Assembly (NCBI GenBank): GCA_043754535.1
Contig: JAYUUN010000124.1
Coordinates: 6,454 to 70,453 of the forward strand
Direction of reading: 5' to 3'
DNA from: Chloroflexota bacterium
GTDB lineage: Bacteria; Chloroflexota; Chloroflexia; QHBQ01
Length of the DNA: 64,000 nt
Position 1 is the stretch's first letter, and every line of letters begins with the position of its first letter. The translations under genes were made by a program, and so were the position numbers. Positions 39,585 through 47,856 of the stretch are shown here, one piece after another. The notes beneath the pieces are model-generated. The model made no database searches. It saw only the letters and a list, made by a program, of their open reading frames with translations, and had not been told where the DNA came from.

Positions 39585-40661
39585 ATGCTGCCAGAGCTAT
39601 ACCCCCTCAAACTGCAAGCGATCTACAAGCCGACGATCTGGGGCGGCCACAACCTGGCCGCCCTCAAGCCCGACCTGCCAGCCACACAACTGATCGGCGA
39701 GAGTTGGGAGGCTTACGACGACTGCCTGATCCAGAACGGCACACTGACGGGGCGCAGCCTGCACCAGGCGGTGGCAGCCTGGGGCCGCCTGCTAGTTGGC
39801 ACTGCTAGCCCGACCGCCGACCACTTCCCCTTGCTGACCAAGTTTATTGATGCGAACGACAACCTCAGCGTGCAACTGCACCCTAACAACGAGCAGGCGC
39901 AGGAGTTGGAGGGCTATTGGTGCGGCAAGACGGAGATGTGGTACGTGATTGGGGCGGCTGAAGGCGCGAAGGTGATCCTCGGTACTGCCGCCAACGAGGA
40001 CCATGCGCTGATCCGCCAGCGCATCGGTGAGGGGAGGTTGGAGGAGAACTTGCAGTGGCTGGCGGTCAGCGCAGGTGATGTGGTCTACGTCCCCGCTGGG
40101 CGCGTCCACGCCCTCGGTCGCGGCCTGCTGGTTTACGAGGTGCAGCAGAACAGCGACCATACTTATCGCCTCTACGATTGGCACCGCCTGGACGCAGCGG
40201 GCAAGGGCCGCGAGTTGCACGTAGAGAAGGGGCTGCGCGTGCTGCGCTTTGAGCAACCCGCCCCCGGCAAGCTGACCCCCCTGCGGCTGGCGATTGGCAG
40301 CCACAGCGTCAGCCACCTGAAGGTCAGTCCCTACTTTGCGGTTAGCCTGATCGAGGCCGACGGCGGCGAAGTGGGCAGCGAGAGCAACGGCGGTAGCTTC
40401 ACCCTCTATACTGTGCTAGAGGGGGGGGGGCAACTGCGCTGGCAAGGGAACACAGACGAGCTTGACTTGCACCAGGGCGACACTGTGATCGTCCCAGCAG
40501 GACTAGCCAGCCACCTGATCCTCGCCAACGGCCCGCTAAAGCTGATCTGCACGACATTGCCCCTGCCCGCCGACCAACTAGCCACCCTCGTCGTCCAACC
40601 CCTCGCCAAAGCGGGCTACTCTGCCACCCAGATCGCGCAACTGCTGGCAGCGGAGCTTTGA
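39585..40661 (+). CDS. manA: Mannose-6-phosphate isomerase, class I
   Basis: IWGG, GESWE, KFIDA.DNLSVQLHP, GKTEMWY, VPAGRVHA and EVQQNSD.TYRLYD. Confidence 0.92.
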   Translation: MLPELYPLKLQAIYKPTIWGGHNLAALKPDLPATQLIGESWEAYDDCLIQNGTLTGRSLHQAVAAWGRLLVGTASPTADHFPLLTKFIDANDNLSVQLHPNNEQAQELEGYWCGKTEMWYVIGAAEGAKVILGTAANEDHALIRQRIGEGRLEENLQWLAVSAGDVVYVPAGRVHALGRGLLVYEVQQNSDHTYRLYDWHRLDAAGKGRELHVEKGLRVLRFEQPAPGKLTPLRLAIGSHSVSHLKVSPYFAVSLIEADGGEVGSESNGGSFTLYTVLEGGGQLRWQGNTDELDLHQGDTVIVPAGLASHLILANGPLKLICTTLPLPADQLATLVVQPLAKAGYSATQIAQLLAAEL

Positions 40662-40694
40662 GGGTGGACGGCTGCCCGTTTGGTCTGCGGCCAG

Positions 40695-40854
40695 CGGATT
40701 GGGCCAACGGATGAAGCGGATGAGCAGCCATCAGTAGCCAACCTATTGTGGTCAAACTCGCTTGCGCTGGGTGGTTTGTGGTTAGCAGTGTTGTCAGGGA
40801 CACCCCAGCTTGAGTCGGGTGGCTCCAAGCCACACTAGCCGTTGGCCCAATTCA
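40695..40854 (+). other. 160-bp intergenic element with terminal inverted repeats (MITE-like or rod-shaped ncRNA)
   Basis: ATTGGGCCAACGG (40698-710) and CCGTTGGCCCAAT (40839-851) form a perfect 13-bp IR. CCAG lies on both flanks (40691-94, 40855-58), and there are further internal pairings. Confidence 0.55.
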
Positions 40855-40900
40855 CCAGCAGAGGCTCGCTACCAGCCGCCGTTAGCAACTGGTACCCGCG

Positions 40901-40929
40901 TTGACAAGGCGGCAGGCGGTGACTATAAT
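40901..40929 (+). promoter_or_regulatory. Perfect-consensus sigma70 promoter of the GT-C/GT2/wecB/csaB operon
   Basis: TTGACA (40901-06), 17 bp, TATAAT (40924-29). Confidence 0.85.
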
Positions 40930-41002
40930 AGGCCGCGTTGGGCCGAAGCTCCCGCCTAGAGCATGACTACTGAAGAAGGGAGATTTTGGAGCGGAGGGAA
41001 GC

Positions 41003-43354
41003 GTGGCAGCATTTAGCATCAAAGTAACGCTGGAATGGCTGGTTTTGTGCGGCGGACTTGCGCTTGCTCTGTTGATCCCCGGTTACACCCTGCTGCTCTA
41101 CCTCAAGTGGCTGCATAATTCGCTGGCCGACACCGCCAGCCGGGTGATCGCCGCCCTCAGCCTTAGCATCCTCGCCACCCCGCTCGTCTTCCTCGTCGCC
41201 CATCTGCTGCACCTGCCCCTGGGTACACGCAGCCTGCTAGCCCTGCTCTCCCTATCGCTGGTCGCCCTCTGGCTGAAGCTAGCAGAGCGCAGGCAACCAG
41301 CTAGCAGGCTAGAGGCAACGCCCATCGCCAGCCGCTCAAGCCTGCTAGCTAGCTTGCAGGACGCTCTGGCCCGCTTGCAATGGGCAAACCTGGCCCTGCT
41401 CGGCATCTTCCTGGCGGGCCTCAGCGTGCGGGTGGCCCAGGGCTGGGGCGAACCAGCAGCCCTCGGCTCCGACGCTTACCACCACACCCTAATCAGCCAA
41501 CTGGTGATCGATAACGCGGGCATCCCCAACAACTATCTGCCCTACGCCCCCCTCGGCTCGTTTACCTACCACTATGCTTTCCACGCGTTGGTGGCGGTCA
41601 GCTATTGGCTGGGCGGGGCGATGGCGTTCGGGGCCGGGCCGCTGACGACGGCAAAGCTGACCTTGATGGTTGGGCAGGTGTTGAGCGCGTTTGCGCCGCT
41701 CATCGCCTACCTGCTGGCCCGCCACTTTACGGGCAGCGCGAAGGTTGGCCTGGTTGCCGCGCTAATCCCGGCGGTGATCGAAATCTTTCCCAGCTACTAC
41801 ATCAACTGGGGCCGCGACACGCAGATGGTCGGCCTACTCGGTCTGCCCCTGGTAATGATCGCTACTGAGCGTGCGCTCAATAACAGAATCTACCTGGTGC
41901 TGTATGCCAACTCTGGACCAGTAGAAGGTGCGCGGCTGGTTAGCGCGATCCGCAGGCGGCGTAGCCCTCTCATGTCGGTGACTAGCTTCTTGCGCCACGC
42001 TGAAGTCAGGGCCGTGATCATCACTGGTACGCTGGCCGCTGGCCTCTTTCTCGCCCACTACCGCATTATCATCCTATTCTACTTCTTCCTCGGCCTCTAC
42101 ACCCTGGTTAAGGTGGTCAAAGTGCTGACTAGCAGGCGGCAGGCAGTGGATGCGGACGTGAGACTGGCAGAGCCGCCATTTTTGCAGAAGCAGACGAAGA
42201 AGGCAAGGATCAGCAGGCTCCTACTCAAGGTGGTAGGTATCGGCATTGTCAACCTGATTGTGGTTTCGCCCTGGCTGTTCAACCTGCTAGCGGGCTTCAG
42301 CTTCACCCTCGCGCCGAAGGGTGGGCAGGTGGCGCAGAGCTTCTTCAGCACGCGCTTGAGTGATATCGTGAGCAACTGGTGGTTCGATAAGCCACTGACG
42401 GCCTGGCTGCCCAGCACCGCTGCGCCGGACGGCAGGCCGCTACCGCCGCTGCTGAGTAACTGGTTCATCACCAGCCCCATCGTGCTGCTTGCGGCGGCGG
42501 GCTGGCTATCTGGTATAATTAGGCGGCAAGGCTACGTGATCGCTGTCGGCCTCTGGGCGGCTATTAGCCTCGCGCTCTCCAACCCTTACTGGTTGCCAAT
42601 CCCACTGGTCAGTGGTAAGGTGGACTACCAGACAGTGGTTAGCGCGTTCTGGCTGCCTGCCAGTCTGCTGATCGGCTACCTGGCCGTAACGATCCTGGAG
42701 GCGCGGATTTGGCACCGGCAAGGTGATGGGCAACCGCCCCAGGCTAGTTGGCCTTTGCAAGCGAAACTGACGACTGCCGCCCTGCTCGTTGGGCTGGCCT
42801 TCTATGCCGGTGGCGCACTGGCCCCCCAGCGGGAGGATGATCGGCTGGAAGCCTACCTGCAAGGGGGCGACATCAAGGCACTGACCTGGCTGAAGGGGCA
42901 GGCGATCCCAGCAGGTACCCTCTTTCTAGTCAACACCTTCACCTACCCCTGGTCGCCAAACTCGCGCACTGGCAGCGACGGCGGTTTGTGGCTGCCGCTA
43001 CTCACCCAGCGCGGCTGGCAAACGACCGCGCCCCCACTGCCCTACAACAACGAGGTGGCGTTGGACAAGGATTATCGAGCCAAGATTATTGATCTATCGA
43101 TCCTGGCGACGCAAGCCGACAACCCAAACGCCGTCGCCCGGCTGAAGCAAGCTGGAGTGCGCTACGCCTACGTTGGGGCGCGCAGCGTGCAGCTTGGTAC
43201 CAGCGGCCTGAGCGAAAAGCCAGAGCTGGCGCAGTATCGTAAGAAGAACCTGCATATCGGCGGCACCCTGGATCATGTTCAGTTCGACAAAGCACCCCAG
43301 CTTTGGGAGAAGATATATAATGAAGATGACATCTATATCTATGCCCTCAAGTAA
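41003..43354 (+). CDS. GT-C-type integral membrane glycosyltransferase (putative)
   Basis: About 14 TM helices; LGSDAYHH loop, FTYHYAFH, PSYYINWGR and LAHYR; soluble C-terminal domain (DGGLWLP...YAYVG); GGAGGG RBS. Confidence 0.7.
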   Translation: MAAFSIKVTLEWLVLCGGLALALLIPGYTLLLYLKWLHNSLADTASRVIAALSLSILATPLVFLVAHLLHLPLGTRSLLALLSLSLVALWLKLAERRQPASRLEATPIASRSSLLASLQDALARLQWANLALLGIFLAGLSVRVAQGWGEPAALGSDAYHHTLISQLVIDNAGIPNNYLPYAPLGSFTYHYAFHALVAVSYWLGGAMAFGAGPLTTAKLTLMVGQVLSAFAPLIAYLLARHFTGSAKVGLVAALIPAVIEIFPSYYINWGRDTQMVGLLGLPLVMIATERALNNRIYLVLYANSGPVEGARLVSAIRRRRSPLMSVTSFLRHAEVRAVIITGTLAAGLFLAHYRIIILFYFFLGLYTLVKVVKVLTSRRQAVDADVRLAEPPFLQKQTKKARISRLLLKVVGIGIVNLIVVSPWLFNLLAGFSFTLAPKGGQVAQSFFSTRLSDIVSNWWFDKPLTAWLPSTAAPDGRPLPPLLSNWFITSPIVLLAAAGWLSGIIRRQGYVIAVGLWAAISLALSNPYWLPIPLVSGKVDYQTVVSAFWLPASLLIGYLAVTILEARIWHRQGDGQPPQASWPLQAKLTTAALLVGLAFYAGGALAPQREDDRLEAYLQGGDIKALTWLKGQAIPAGTLFLVNTFTYPWSPNSRTGSDGGLWLPLLTQRGWQTTAPPLPYNNEVALDKDYRAKIIDLSILATQADNPNAVARLKQAGVRYAYVGARSVQLGTSGLSEKPELAQYRKKNLHIGGTLDHVQFDKAPQLWEKIYNEDDIYIYALK

Positions 43355-43364
43355 AGAAGTGTCT

Positions 43365-44183
43365 ATGGCAATGGCAGCCTCTAGCCAGCTAGCACCTGCG
43401 CTGGCCGAACCGGTAGCGGCGGGCGCGGATCGCTCACCCTTCCCGCCGCCGAGCGTGCCAGCCCAGGGTATCCCCATCGCTGCCAGCCCAGCCCTGCGCG
43501 GCCAGCTAGTATCGGTGATCATCCCGGTCTATAATGAAGAAGCACACGTGGGCGAGGTGCTGCGCCGCATCCTGGCGGTAGACTTCACGAAGGAGTTGGT
43601 GGTGGTGGACGACGGTTCGACCGACGGCACCCGCGCTATCCTTGCCCAGTGGGAGAGACATCCCGACGTGCGGATCATCTACGCGCCGCAGAACAGAGGC
43701 AAGGGGACAGCGATCCGCCTCGGCCTGCGAGAGATAGTGGGCGAGATCGTGGTCGTCCATGATGCTGACCTGGAATATGACTCGCGGGAGATGCTGCCGA
43801 TGCTAGAACTGATCGCCCAGGGGCGGGCCGACGTGGTGTACGGCAGCCGCTTCCTGGGCAGTGTGCGGGGGATGAAGTTCCAGAATTGGGTGGCGAACCG
43901 CCTGCTAGCCATCAGCGCAAACCTGCTGTTCCGGGCCAACATTACCGACGAGGCTACGGCCTACAAGGCGTTCCGCACAGCGATCCTCCGCACGATCAAG
44001 CTGAACTGCACCCGCTTCGAGTTCTGTCCAGAGGTGACAGCGAAGGTACGCAAGAAGGGCTACAAGATAGTTGAAGTACCAATCCACTACGAAGGGCGCA
44101 CGGCATTGCAGGGCAAGAAAATCAAGCTGAGCGACGGCTTCGAGGCGTTCTGGACGCTGCTCAAGTATCGGTTTAGGGACTGA
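43365..44183 (+). CDS. GT2 polyprenol-phosphate glycosyltransferase (DPM synthase-like)
   Basis: SVIIPVYNE, VDDGSTDGT, NRGKG, HDADLEY, DVVYGSRF, FEFCPE and EVPIHY..R...GKKI. Confidence 0.9.
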   Translation: MAMAASSQLAPALAEPVAAGADRSPFPPPSVPAQGIPIAASPALRGQLVSVIIPVYNEEAHVGEVLRRILAVDFTKELVVVDDGSTDGTRAILAQWERHPDVRIIYAPQNRGKGTAIRLGLREIVGEIVVVHDADLEYDSREMLPMLELIAQGRADVVYGSRFLGSVRGMKFQNWVANRLLAISANLLFRANITDEATAYKAFRTAILRTIKLNCTRFEFCPEVTAKVRKKGYKIVEVPIHYEGRTALQGKKIKLSDGFEAFWTLLKYRFRD

Positions 44184-44205
44184 GGCGCAGCAGCAAAGGA
44201 GCTTA

Positions 44206-45324
44206 ATGAAACCACTAACGATCATCATGGGGACAAAGGGTGAGTACGTCAAGATGGCTCCTGTCTTGCGCGAGCTTGACCGCCAGCAGGTGCCGTACCG
44301 CCTGCTACACACCCGCCAGCACAGCCACACCACCGATGTGATCACCAATATTTTTGCTCTGCGCCAACCGGATGTGCTGCTGGATCAGCGCACTGTTGAC
44401 GTAACCAACGTGCGCGACGCGGCACAGTGGTTCCTCAAGGGCTGTTGGCACGCTCTCCGCAAGCGCAGGGCGTACTTCCCCGCTGGCAAGGGCATCGTAT
44501 TGCTGCATGGTGACACGCCTTCGACCCTGCTAGGGCTGATCATCGGCAAGCTGGGCGGGCAGGCCGTTGCTCATGTGGAGGCGGGCCTACGCAGCTACGA
44601 CCTGCTCAACCCCTTCCCAGAGGAGTTGGTACGGATCATCACCAGCCGCTTCGCCCGCTACCTGTTCGCCCCCGCCGACTGGGAGTACAGCAACCTGGTG
44701 AAGGAGAAGCTGGCAGGCCGCAAGTGGAACACCAGGGTGAACACGGTCTACGAAGCTCTCACCTACGCCCTGATCCGTTACAAGCAGAAGCACGCCGACG
44801 GCAACAGCGATCTCAGCACGCCGCCTGATCAGCCCTACGTCGTCGCGGTCGTCCACCGATTGGAGAGTATCCTCAATCAAGAGCGGCTGAAGTTCGACAT
44901 TGAGGTGATCTTGCGCGTTGCCGAACAACACCACGTCGTCTTCATCCAGTACAAGCCCACGATGGAGAAGCTGGCCGCCTACGGGATGCTGGACAAGTTG
45001 CTCAACCACCCAAACATCGAGCATCGTGGCTACCAGGACTACTTCAGCTTCATGAACCTGATCGCCAACTGCACCTATGTGGTCTGCGACGGTGGCGGCT
45101 TGCAAGAGGAGACCTACTATCTGGATCGACCCTGCCTGCTGCTGCGCAGCGCAACCGAGCGGATCATCGGCCTGGACGAGACAGCCCTGCTCAGTAAGTT
45201 TGAGCCAGCCCGCATCAACTACTTCCTCGCCAACTACCAGCAGTACCATCGCCGCGACGACCTGGAGGCAGCCCGCCCCGCCCAGGTGATCGTAGATGCG
45301 ATGCGCGAGTTGATGGCCGAGTGA
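44206..45324 (+). CDS. wecB: UDP-N-acetylglucosamine 2-epimerase (non-hydrolysing, divergent)
   Basis: GTKGEYVKMAP, HGDT, HVEAGLRS, PFPEE, HRLE, DGGGLQEE and PCLLLR..TER. Confidence 0.85.
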   Translation: MKPLTIIMGTKGEYVKMAPVLRELDRQQVPYRLLHTRQHSHTTDVITNIFALRQPDVLLDQRTVDVTNVRDAAQWFLKGCWHALRKRRAYFPAGKGIVLLHGDTPSTLLGLIIGKLGGQAVAHVEAGLRSYDLLNPFPEELVRIITSRFARYLFAPADWEYSNLVKEKLAGRKWNTRVNTVYEALTYALIRYKQKHADGNSDLSTPPDQPYVVAVVHRLESILNQERLKFDIEVILRVAEQHHVVFIQYKPTMEKLAAYGMLDKLLNHPNIEHRGYQDYFSFMNLIANCTYVVCDGGGLQEETYYLDRPCLLLRSATERIIGLDETALLSKFEPARINYFLANYQQYHRRDDLEAARPAQVIVDAMRELMAE

Positions 45325-46607
45325 AGCACAGTCCCCCCCCCGCTTCCCCTAGTGAGAAGGGCGGAAGCCTGCTACTCTCTGGCTGGTACGGCGGCGGCAA
45401 TGTAGGGGACGAAGCGATCCTCGCTGCTCTCTTGCAGATGGTGCGCGACGAGCGGCCCGACCTGGCGGTGGCTGCGCTGTCGGTTGATCCTGGCTATACG
45501 GCGGCGGCACACGATGTGAGGGCGATCCCGCGCCAACCGCTGGCGGCCCTGCTGGCAATACGCCGCTGCACTGGCTTTGCCCTCGGCGGCGGCGGCACGG
45601 TGCAGGACGTGACCAGCGTCTACAACCTGCCCTCCTTCCTCATCTACCCCTTGCTAGCGAAGCGGCTGGGCAAACGCGTGGTTTGGAGCGGGGTGGGGGT
45701 TGGGCCACTGCGTACGCGGCTGGGGCGGCGGTTGGCCTGGCTAGCTGGGCAGCAGGCCGACGCGATCAGCGTGCGCGACGAGGCTTCCGCCACCTTGCTG
45801 CGTGGGATTGGGGTGGCAGCGGCAAAGGTGCGGGTGACGGCAGACCCGGCCCTGCACCTTCGCCCACAAACCGGACCTGGCGTGCTGAAGCTAATCGCTA
45901 ACAGCGGTATACATAGAGGTGGTGCAGAGTCGGACGGCCTGGATGCACTCCACGTGACCCAACCCGGCTCCGTACTAGAAGGTAGGAGGCCCCTGGTCGT
46001 CTTTGCAGTGCGCCGCCCGCTCGATCCTGCGTTGCACGGCCTGCGCCCTGGCTACCTCCTGCCAGTCAGCCTGCGCGAACGCTTCCACAGTTGGTCGGCG
46101 GCGGGCCAAAAATTGTATACGGAGACAACGGCGAAGCTAGCCCAACTAGCCGACTACTGGGCGGGGCTGGGAGCGGATGTCCTCTTTATCCCCTTTGACC
46201 CGGTAGACGCATTGGTGAATGCTGCGGTGATCGCCCAGATGCGCCAACCGGGTGCCGCCCACCAGCTAGCCGGGCGGCACCATCCGGCGGTAGTGATGGG
46301 GGTGGTCAACAGGGCAGATGTAGTGGTGGCGATGCGCCTGCACGCGCTGATCTTCGCGGCAGCCTGCGGCAAGCCAGCCCTGGCAGTTAGCTACGACCGC
46401 AAGGTGAGCAGCTTCATGGCGCAGGTGGGGCTAGCCAACTACTGCCACCCGCTGCAAGGTGGCGACCTGCGGGGAGCAGCGGCAGACCTTTGGCAGAACC
46501 GTGATATAATAGCAGCCACCTTGGGGGCGCGAGTAGAGAGCTTGAAAGGGAGAGCGGTTGAGAACAGCACCATCCTCATCGGAGCAGCCGACGGTAGCAG
46601 GGCTTAA
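45321..46607 (+). CDS. csaB: Polysaccharide pyruvyl transferase CsaB
   Basis: SGWYGGGNVGDEAIL, GGGGTVQDVTS, GVGVGPL, ISVRDEAS, TADPA, AMRLHALIFA and SYDRKV. Confidence 0.9.
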   Translation: MKHSPPPASPSEKGGSLLLSGWYGGGNVGDEAILAALLQMVRDERPDLAVAALSVDPGYTAAAHDVRAIPRQPLAALLAIRRCTGFALGGGGTVQDVTSVYNLPSFLIYPLLAKRLGKRVVWSGVGVGPLRTRLGRRLAWLAGQQADAISVRDEASATLLRGIGVAAAKVRVTADPALHLRPQTGPGVLKLIANSGIHRGGAESDGLDALHVTQPGSVLEGRRPLVVFAVRRPLDPALHGLRPGYLLPVSLRERFHSWSAAGQKLYTETTAKLAQLADYWAGLGADVLFIPFDPVDALVNAAVIAQMRQPGAAHQLAGRHHPAVVMGVVNRADVVVAMRLHALIFAAACGKPALAVSYDRKVSSFMAQVGLANYCHPLQGGDLRGAAADLWQNRDIIAATLGARVESLKGRAVENSTILIGAADGSRA

Positions 46608-47571
46608 GCCGAGTCGCCTGCGCCGGGTTCTGGCCTGGGTACGCAGCGCACGAGGGCGCACCATCTTGCAGATCACCCTGATCGCCCTCGTTCTCGTCGC
46701 GTTCGTCTGGCAGCTAGCGGGCAATTGGGCTGACCTATCGCGGCTGCAACTGCGGCTAGACTATAGCTACCTCGCTCTATCGGCGATCCCGCTGTTCGGC
46801 AGGCCGTTCCTCTCAGCCTTCGGCTGGTGGCAGGTGGTACGAAAGCTGAAGGGGGAGCTGGGGATCGCCAGCGCGATCCACATCTACTTCATCTCCGGGC
46901 TGGCCCGCTACGTGCCTGGCCCCTTCCTCGGCAGCATTGGGCGGGCCTTGATGGCCGAAGAAGCGGGCGTGCCAGCAGTTACTGCTACCCTCAGCGTGCT
47001 GATCGAACTAGGGCTGCTGGTTGCCAGCGGGGTGATCCTGGGGGCGATCTGGACTGTGCTACACCTCTCCAACGACCAGGTGATCTACATGGTGCTGCTC
47101 GGCATCTTCAGCCTGATCCTGCTCAACCCCCGCTTCTTCTTGCCACTGCTCAATCGACTACTGGGCCGCTTCAAGCGTAAGCCCATTGCGCTGAACCTGC
47201 ACCTTGGTGATATGTTGCAACTACTTGCCCCTTACCTGCTCAACTGGATGCTCAATGGCCTGACCTTCTACCTCGTGCTTAAGGCGATCTCGCCGCTGGG
47301 GTATGACCTGTTCAACATCATGGGCATCTACATCGTCGCCCTGACGGTGGCGATCTTCGGCCTGATTACACCCGACGGCTGGGGCGCTCGCGAACTGGCG
47401 TTGGGCAATATGCTGGTCAGCTTTGCAGCGATCCCAGCAGTGCTAGCGACCGGGCTGGCAATCTTCACCCGCGTCTGGTGGATGGTCAGCGAAGCAGCAT
47501 GGGTCGGCCTCGCGCTGTTGCTTGGTCGTGGCAGGCAGGCGGCAACGCCGCCACTGGATGAGCAGAAGTAA
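46558..47571 (+). CDS. Lysylphosphatidylglycerol-synthase-TM / UPF0104 flippase-like membrane protein
   Basis: About 8 TM helices; ARYVPG, PDGWGARE and TRVWW (cf. PxGxGxRE...RL). Confidence 0.8.
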   Translation: MRTAPSSSEQPTVAGLKPSRLRRVLAWVRSARGRTILQITLIALVLVAFVWQLAGNWADLSRLQLRLDYSYLALSAIPLFGRPFLSAFGWWQVVRKLKGELGIASAIHIYFISGLARYVPGPFLGSIGRALMAEEAGVPAVTATLSVLIELGLLVASGVILGAIWTVLHLSNDQVIYMVLLGIFSLILLNPRFFLPLLNRLLGRFKRKPIALNLHLGDMLQLLAPYLLNWMLNGLTFYLVLKAISPLGYDLFNIMGIYIVALTVAIFGLITPDGWGARELALGNMLVSFAAIPAVLATGLAIFTRVWWMVSEAAWVGLALLLGRGRQAATPPLDEQK

Positions 47572-47672
47572 CAGGTAGCCTTCTGCTACGTTGCATAGCA
47601 TGATGCATAGTTTGGGCTGCTTAGCGGGTGCCATTGAGGATAAGCGCAACCTTGAAAAGCGGGCAGCATTAT

Positions 47673-47701
47673 TTGACAAAATCCTAAGGCGGTGTTATGA
47701 T
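47673..47701 (+). promoter_or_regulatory. Strong sigma70 promoter of the SLH surface-protein gene
   Basis: TTGACA (47673-78), 17 bp, TATGAT (47696-701) with extended TG. Confidence 0.75.
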
Positions 47702-47856
47702 CCGCTCTACCTTCTAGAGGATAGAGGGTCGCACGAACGTATCAACCGCCAGCCAGCCAACGCTCGTCCCGGCTGCTGGTGGAGAGCGGGCTAGCCAAAG
47801 GCAGAAGAGACTGGCTGGACCACCGTCAAGGGACGAGTGAAGAGAAAGGTTGAGAG

